The notes below the pieces were generated by a model. It did not search any database and was not told where the DNA came from. It saw nothing but the letters and a program-made list of their open reading frames with translations. From positions 10,506,468 through 10,570,467 of the forward strand of contig CAVNZM010000004.1 in NCBI GenBank assembly GCA_963693365.1: a stretch of DNA of 64,000 nucleotides, given 5' to 3'. The translations under genes were made by a program, and so were the position numbers. The DNA comes from Amoebidium appalachense. Lineage: Eukaryota > Protista > Ichthyosporea. The stretch's first letter is position 1. The number at the start of each line of letters is the position of its first letter. Shown here piece by piece: positions 52,023 through 64,000 of this stretch.

Positions 52023-52930
52023 AAGGAAAAAAAAAAAGAAAAGGGAAAAAAAGAAAAGAAAAAAGAAAACGAAAAAAGATGAAGAAAAAAAAGTAAAGAT
52101 CTTATATGTGAAAAGAGATGAAGAGACAAACAGCTTTCGGACGACAGCTATGCGTTATATGTCCGTGTGGCCGGTACGTATGTCTACACCCGTCTACAGT
52201 GATGGTGCATGTAAAACCGTACCGAGTATGAAGCATACGACAGCACATGGAGACCCTACTTAAGAGAAAGCAATTTGATGGCCAAACCATGTGAAACAAA
52301 AAGCAACGAGACAGGTGAGGAAATATTAGAGGAAGGTGGGCTTACTAGCACAATAAGACCCTGCAAACAGTACTAAAAAGTGCACCGCTCCAAATACTCG
52401 TAGTGCACTCACAACCACATCCAACCGCGCACACCAAAACGCCGCAACCACAAAAGCAAACCATCCATGTGTGCATACCTTGTTCTTGTAGTGCTTGCCG
52501 GGCATGACGTGGTAGAGCACGCTAGTACCGTCCCTCGTCTGTAGGGTCTTGGACAGATAGGCAGGTAGCTGCCACTGGCCGGGAGTATAGAACCTCGTCG
52601 TCCATTGCTCGATGCGGTTTACCACACGCTCCACCTCCCCAAGCATGGCAAGAGTCACCTGGAAATAAACACGGTGAGAAATTGGAATAGAATAGTGTGA
52701 CTAGTATGCGAGAGTTTTGTTTGGTGTAAAAGCAAACAGGAAGCAGCAGTGGTGGCAAGACAATAAAGTGCAAGTGAATAGTGTGTAGAGCGAGAAGCCA
52801 GCCAGAAGCCGTAAAAATATTACAGAGAGAATGGGGACCTAAAGGCTCGATAGGGGAAAACGGCAGAGACTGTGTGTATGTGTGTGTGGGGAGGGGTGGG
52901 TGGGTGGGTGGGTTGGGTGGGTGGGTGGGT

Positions 52931-52965
<35 letters not shown>

Positions 52966-53443
52966 AGCAATAATCTTCTCTGTCTAAGAAGCAAACAGCG
53001 ATTCATGATTGACCTCTTGTAACCACTCACCCCTGCATCTTGTCACCTACCGTCTTCAAGCTTTATAGGCTATCTAAAACCCAATCCTTAGACACTAAAT
53101 CCTCGCATCGCTTCCTCCCCACTTACCCCACCAACTCTACCATGTCCAACATGGTCCCCATCCACATCCCCGACTGTATGCTTTCCAAAACGGCCCCCAT
53201 CCACATCCCCGATTGTATGCCCCTTTTGAAATCAACGAAACAGCACCTACCCACCTTTGCCTTTGCATTTTCCAGCTGTGCTGCATTCTTCACAGCCGAT
53301 GACAGCGTGAGGTACTGAGATGCGTAAAAGGCACCCACAAGCCCGGCCAGCGGCCACAGAAAAGGGTTAAAGACAACAACAAAGGCTACAGCCCACACCA
53401 ACGTGGGGTGCTTGGAGAGCTCCTGGAGCCATTGTGATAGCAT
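48627..53443 (-). CDS. Membrane-anchored alpha/beta-fold hydrolase (Abhydrolase_1-like), about 544 aa
   Basis: Exons 53443-53255, 52658-52479, 51764-51449, 50760-50531, 49764-49483, 49064-48627. Motifs 'IILAAGLG', 'TWDYRGLFGS', nucleophile 'GYSMG', 'PTLVVGGIFDFMTP' (Asp), 'SAHLTMLENP' (His). N-terminal hydrophobic segment. Confidence 0.88.
53146..53222. repeat. 39-bp tandem duplication in intron 1 of the minus-strand hydrolase
   Basis: CCCCATCCACATCCCCGA(C/T)TGTATGC twice, 39 bp apart. Confidence 0.75.
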
Positions 53444-54881
53444 GGTGAAGTATGTACTCCAACAGTCCTGAGACGACCAAATTAAAGTATGTGGAAGGCG
53501 GCAATTTTTCAGCTGAACCGTTTGTAAAAAGCGTACGATCGGCTGTTTAGGGTGGACGGTGGACATCGATGGAAGCCTGTTAAGAAGTGCTTGGAATGGA
53601 AAAACACCGGCAGGGGGAAAAAAAGGGAGGGAGGCAACGAAAGCAAAGAAGAATGTTTTTCAGACAGTTCCTATCCTGCAGATGTGCTGCAGCTGTGCCG
53701 GGCTGTAGTGTCTTCCCCACGGGCAGGCGTTCCACACACACGTGCCCGCGGTCGCGTGGCAAGAGCAAGCTACTGCTGCGGACAAAATGGATACTGTATC
53801 GTGTTCTATCTTTCAAAGTTTACACTCAAGCTTGTGGGAGAAGCTCAACTGTGCGTTTCACCAAACTGAGCATCACAGTTTCACATTGCTCGAATTCTTT
53901 AGGCATTCCACTGGCACGTCCGAGGGCCGACTCCTCACACGGAGAGGTTTCTTCAAGGTGGCATGGACACCCCAGGAAGAAAGCAAAAACCATTCAAAAA
54001 TCCCTAAAGTGTATATATATGTATATACATCTATCATTTATACATGTAGCACATAGTTAACTCATTATTTTGTCTTATTGCCCGGGACTCGGAGGCCTTT
54101 AGTTGTTACGTAACCAGCACTATAAATGCATGATATTAATCTAATAAAAATACAGTATACTGCTAGGCCTAAACCAATCATCAACTGCTTACGGGAAGCA
54201 CGCTTCACCGCGGTTTCAGGCTTACGACTTCACAAGGCTGCTGCCGACTTGCCGAGCCTCCGGGGCTCCGGGCGAGTCATAATGTGCTAATGTAATGAAA
54301 AAAATCAAAGTAACTGATGTAAAAGACCAAAAAAAAATGATGATATTTGTTTCTAACTATACTCTATGGCTCTATCATATGGTCTGGTAAGGAGCAGACT
54401 CTAAACTTTCAACAGAAACATTGCTAAACGGCTTCAGTTTGTTGCTGACCTAAAGCGAATCAAAATGGTTTTGTCCGTTATCTGAGTTTCTGAGACAGAA
54501 AGTCTGGGGCCCCCCGGCCAACACCCCCCCCCCCCCTCCCCCCCCCCCCTCGCTTTCCCCTCTTTCCTTGTTGCCTCTGCCACCCAATTCACAAAGATTG
54601 CTATCTAGTGGGTGTCCCCTCGCGTCCGACACGCCCCTCTCGTTCCGCTATTCCTGCTACTTCCGCACATATGATCAGTTCACGAAATACTTCCGCCAGT
54701 TTGATATGAAAATCGGGACCCACTAAAATCTTCATAAATTCTTGATATTCTTCACCCTTCTTAACACACATGTATGGAGATAGCGCGCAGTGGCCATTGC
54801 ATACAGCCTCAAGTTCAAAGCACAGAACAGTCGTAAACATAGGCACCCGTCACTTCACCTTCCTGTAGTTTCGATTCGAAG

Positions 54882-59162
<4,281 letters not shown>

Positions 59163-60061
59163 GGGCGTAAACTTAAAAAGTAAAGAGTTCCCTCGCTAGC
59201 GACATAGTGACCATTATCTGAGGAATTCATACGAAGTAAACAAACCCCCATGCCCTCTAAAGAATGTCTTGTCTGTCGAAGCATGTTTCCATGGTTACAT
59301 GTTTCTCAACGCTGTAAGTGTGGGTTTTTTACACTCTGCAGATATCCACTCGGATGGATAGACTATTTATTGTAGATCTCAGATTCATCATCCGTTCTAG
59401 TTGGCCATCAGGACTGGTCAGTAGATAACATTGAAATGACTGCCAATCACCATTTCTAATAATTGGCCATGAGTGCATGCTGGCGCTCTAAGAAAAGTGG
59501 TTTAGTCGTTGGCCCCGGGATATCTGTTGTATCTCGATTAAATTCGTATATCATGGGCTCAAAACGTACCTGATGCGGGGCCTGTCTGGTGACTCGGGTG
59601 TCGGGGCATATTGGCTGTAAAAATGTTTGTTTTGTCACTGGCTGGTACATGCATACGTGGCCGTTCTTATGAAGTGTTTAGTGTTGCTTGCATTTGCGTG
59701 CTGAACCTTTTTCCTCGAAAACCGTGATATCAACCATGAATCGAGGAGATAAATTTCATAAATATCTACTCCGCTCAAGTGGCAGTGCGATATTGTTATA
59801 AATTTATAATAATATTATAAATACATCAATTTACCACATATCATGTTGACCACACTGTTTTGGGGACCGAATCGATCATACAAGGAGTTGTTATGGTACT
59901 GTATGACTTGCTGCCCGGCTAAGCTCGAGATCTCTTGAGTATTATTCTACGGTATGTGCATGCAAATTTGCATACCGTGGTACACACTAGGTTTACACGG
60001 TCTTTATTTTCGACAGCGCATACTTGTCAGTGTGGCTGACACGCGCACACATGCATAGCAC

Positions 60062-60305
60062 AGCAACACGCTACAAGCACACTCCCTGCAACACACGAGC
60101 AAAAGTAAAACACTACAAGCACACTCCCTGCAACACACAAGCAAAACTGCGCGAACACACTCACCTAGCCACACAGAGCAACACACTACTAGCCACACAG
60201 AGCAACACGCTACAAGCACACTCCCTGCAACACACAAGCAAAAGCAAAACGCTACAAGCACACTCTATGCAACACACAAGCAAAAGCAGAACATCCTGCA
60301 ACACA
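60062..60305. repeat. Imperfect minisatellite of about 44 bp (CTACAAGCACACTCCCTGCAACACACAAGCAAAA...)
   Basis: Four recognisable copies of CTACAAGCACACTC plus a shorter CTAGCCACACAGAGCAACAC doublet. Confidence 0.75.
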
Positions 60306-60321
60306 CACGCACACACGCGCG

Positions 60322-60353
<32 letters not shown>

Positions 60354-60818
60354 ACAAGACCCACCCATGCACTCAGACGTCGTGTGCATGCACGCACACA
60401 CACACACACACACACGGACTCGACCGGTCAATTCAGACACTCGTGGACACACACACACACACACACACAACCCACCCATCACCCGTCAACTCACTCTCAC
60501 CCATCACAATGCACTATGCACACATGCCTGTGTGTGTGCGCGCACATGCACGTGTGCGTGCGCGCACATGCCTGTGTGTGTGCGCGCACACACCGACACA
60601 TGCCCTTGCACGCACGCACACGCACGCACACACACAACACAAACACACACCTGTGTGTGCGCGCAGGTGTCTTCATACACACACAAGCTCGCGCACACCC
60701 ACACCCACACACACACGTGCAGGCACCCCACACAACCACAGACAGGCATCCACACACAACCAGTCACCCATACATATGTACCACACACCGTACCGCACAC
60801 ACGCACACACACACACAA

Positions 60819-60895
<77 letters not shown>

Positions 60896-60911
60896 CCCAC
60901 GGACACCCATG

Positions 60912-60969
<58 letters not shown>

Positions 60970-61005
60970 CCCACTTGCACCCATGGATATGATATGTACC
61001 GCGCA

Positions 61006-61037
<32 letters not shown>

Positions 61038-61313
61038 AACACACAAGCACAAGCACAGGCATACGCACACGCACACGCACACGTGTGTGTGCGCGCGCGC
61101 GCGCGCACGGGCAGGCACCCATGCACACTCTGTTCCCCCCCCCCCTCCCCCCCCCCCTCCCCCCCCCCCCCCCCCCCCCCGCCAAAGGACCTGATCCCTG
61201 TTTGGAAAAAAGCGTTTTCAAGTTATAATGTTCAGCACCCTACCTCCCTGCCTCCCTACTCTCACAGTCTAACCCCCCCCCCCCTCCTCCCCCGGGTACT
61301 CTCTCACTGTAAC

Positions 61314-61349
<36 letters not shown>

Positions 61350-61793
61350 TGTCTCCCCCCTGTAACACGAACCCATGAATCTGCCGACACCTCCTACGCG
61401 ACATCTACGATCTACGAGAACACTCTGTGGGTGAGGGATGTTTACAATGTACATGCATCAGCATGAGTAGAAATAAACAAGAACCGAGCAACGTGCACCG
61501 GGTACATGCAAAGTTATCTTTCTGCCAAGTTATCCTCCCCCTCCCCCCCCCGCGCGGAAGGTAGCGGAGTCCGGATCGCAACGTACATACCCACCCACAG
61601 ACCGTGCGCACGTGCACGAACACACACACCGAATTCATTCGCTCACTGCCCCCCCCCCTACCACCTACTGAGGCGGTGTCTCCCTTTTCTTTCTTTTTTT
61701 TTTTTTTTCAAAAAGCCGCCTCTAGTAGATGTATAACGTCGCACGTGCGGCAACACGTCAGTACGTGTTAGCCCCCCCCCCCCCCCCTCCCCC

Positions 61794-61833
<40 letters not shown>

Positions 61834-62450
61834 ACACACACAAACCGTAAAAGAAAAAAGAAAAAAAATGAAAATTACTCGCTCAACTGGTTCCTAGGCC
61901 ATCGGCAGTCATGCACGCATCCCCCTATACCATGGCCACCCGCACAGCACATTCACTTGCCCACTCTCCCAAAACCCCTCTACTGGACTGATAAAGGTTC
62001 ACCCAACCCCCCCCCCCCACCCCCACCTCACCCCAACCGTTCCACTACTATTACCCTTGAGTCAACCTGGCTACCCACCGGATCCGGAATTATATACAAA
62101 TCCAACCCCCCTCCCTCCCCCCCCTCCCCCCTCCCCCCCCCCTCCCCCCCCCCCCCCCCCCCCCTTCCCCCTATGCCCTTTCAACAACCGAACGTTGAAA
62201 TTTCATTTTCGTCACTAATATGTACATAATAGTAAAATATCAGTGATCGTTAATAAAACTCAATTGAATTCAAAAAACTAGAACCGTTTGCAGTTGTGGT
62301 CATGAATTTAAAAATTGTAGAAGCGTCTGCAGTTTATCCATATATATTTAAACTTTTTCATGCACGTATAGTATCCATATATTTATACAGATATACTGGC
62401 ATATATCCAATTTCATATATAAATATTTCTTTCATGCATGTTCAACAAGT

Positions 62451-62545
62451 ACAACCGTTTGCAAGTGAATGTAACAGCGCTAGTTTGTTAATAAAATCAC
62501 AAAATACAACCGTTTGTAAGTGAATGCAACAGCGCTGGTTTGTTA
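62451..62545. repeat. 40-bp direct repeat, period 55
   Basis: ACAACCGTTTG(C/T)AAGTGAATG(T/C)AACAGCGCT(A/G)GTTTGTTA at 62451 and 62506. Confidence 0.75.
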
Positions 62546-64000
62546 CGGTGCGTGATCTTCAAGTAACAGGGTTAAAAATGAAATTTAAAACCCTCAGGCG
62601 ATTTAATAAGTAGGCTACTACAGCAATCGCTTACGGTAATAGATTAAACATATTTCAACATTTTTTATTTCCCATTTCAAAGTTTCATGACTAGCAACTA
62701 ACAAAAAAACTGCTTACTGCTGTTATCAAGACTTGCTGTGTTGGGCTTGAAGGTGCTACACTGATACGAGACCTAGGGGGACATGGTATGTGCTTTTTGA
62801 TTGGGGTCTTTTATATCGAAGCCCCGAGAAGACATGATGATCCGCCAGGAATATTCCCCCTGCTTCGGATTCCGAATTTGGAAAGCCTTGCCTTGATACA
62901 AAAGGGGGGGAGGGGGCGGGTTTGAAGGAGGATAAAGAAAAAATATTACAAAAGAACTTCACCAAATAAAATTTATACATATACGCCTCCGACGGTCATT
63001 CATGCTAGGGTGAATCCAATCGACATGTGCGCACGCGCGTGCGGCCCGGGTGCGGCATGCGCATTCCAGGGGTTCGGTGATATTTTAAGGTTTATCCCCA
63101 TTTTAGAGATAGCATAATGCTCATGGACATGGTAAAGACTCTAAAGAGACCGTACATAGGCTATATACCCAAAACACAATAGGGCATCACGGTAACCTAT
63201 GTATTTCTGAAGCTTTTGAAAAAGATTCGAGGTCCATGAGGTGCACAAGTGACAATCATGCGTGACAATAGCCAAGTCACACCAGGCGGATAATAGGATT
63301 CTAATAAAAGCGTGAAATTTCGGCGTGATGGAACATTCCAGGCCACTGCTAACTTCATTAGTCAATAATCTCAGTACACATAAGATATATGGTGCTGTTT
63401 TGGTTGGTTCAACGGGCCTGAAAGAAGAGTCTTATCACGCAGTTCCCGATTAATTTGATACCCAAAACATCTACTAGTAGTACGCCACCATATAAGTATG
63501 GATCCGAGTGGTAGCCGGGGCGGGTCTGAGATCTGTAAATATAGCCCCAGCTTTGCAATTCAACACGTGTACGATTACATCTGTACATTGAACCATCTGA
63601 CCTGTGCACACAATTAAAAGCCCTTATGTAGTGGTTGGAGAAATGTTATGAATTTTTTTTTCCTGTCCTTGGGTATCATATAGCCACGATTTTCAAGACC
63701 TGTACAATCATGCATTTTAATTCTTGTGAACAGTTCACATGATTTAAGTCAAGAAAATCCCCCTACACCATCTTGGCATTTTATGGAATGCTTTTGTTAG
63801 AAACTCTTTTGAAGGCTGGCGAACACTGAATCACTGAGGCATCAATGCGAACATGTACACACAGTGACTTGCAAGTAATTTTTGATACCTTTGTAGTAGC
63901 TTAGAGCTAAGCATCAGCCCAACCAAATTTTTGGGCAATTAGTAAGACACCTTGCCTTTTTTTTGCCAACATCTAGCTGTATAAGTTTGCGTTCACCTGC

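Noticed and set aside
54601-54846. Protein-like minus-strand ORF of about 80 aa
   Set aside because: Starts about 40 bp from the hydrolase ATG, leaving no room for promoters; no recognisable motif or splice partner.
59948-59979. Short palindrome ACGGTATG...CATACCGT
   Set aside because: Isolated 8-9 bp stem with no second copy or context.
59200-64000. Possible minus-strand multi-exon gene (exon-like pieces near 59570-59640, 59880-59946, 62720-62890, 63150-63600)
   Set aside because: Some donor and acceptor-like sites exist, but I could not chain them in phase without stops and recognised no domain. Needs RNA-seq.

Overview
Eukaryotic nuclear DNA from an intron-rich genome whose introns are saturated with (CA/GT)n, (GA/CT)n and poly-G/poly-C tracts. 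Almost all ORFs in the supplied track are microsatellite artefacts. Reading splice sites and phases by hand gives eight genes: (1) a 5'-partial class C-type GPCR whose ectodomain resembles a bacterial sugar-binding protein (+, 909-5632); (2) a FAM72-domain protein with a long disordered N-terminus (+, 6715-13284); (3) a RING-finger/WD40 protein (-, 21063 to at least 15215); (4) a DUF952 protein (+, 21459-23307); (5) the 24-exon ribosome-biogenesis AAA+ ATPase NVL/Rix7 (-, 44010-24622); (6) an intronless orphan secreted/membrane protein (+, 45091-46563); (7, 8) two unrelated, divergently transcribed alpha/beta hydrolases (-, 53443-48627; +, 54882-59162). Gene content and YTRAY branch points suggest a non-animal opisthokont, possibly a unicellular holozoan; this is inference only. 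The most unusual signal is a dispersed intronic repeat family with a 452-bp unit. Its copies are all in host-sense orientation, most share an end anchored at poly-C, and they carry an indel-free 53-nt block containing the hammerhead-ribozyme core words GAAAC and CUGA(G/U)GA in permuted order. Splice sites are also often built directly from microsatellites (GTGTGT donors, ACACAG acceptors). No database searches or folding programs were run; family assignments rest on recognised motifs.
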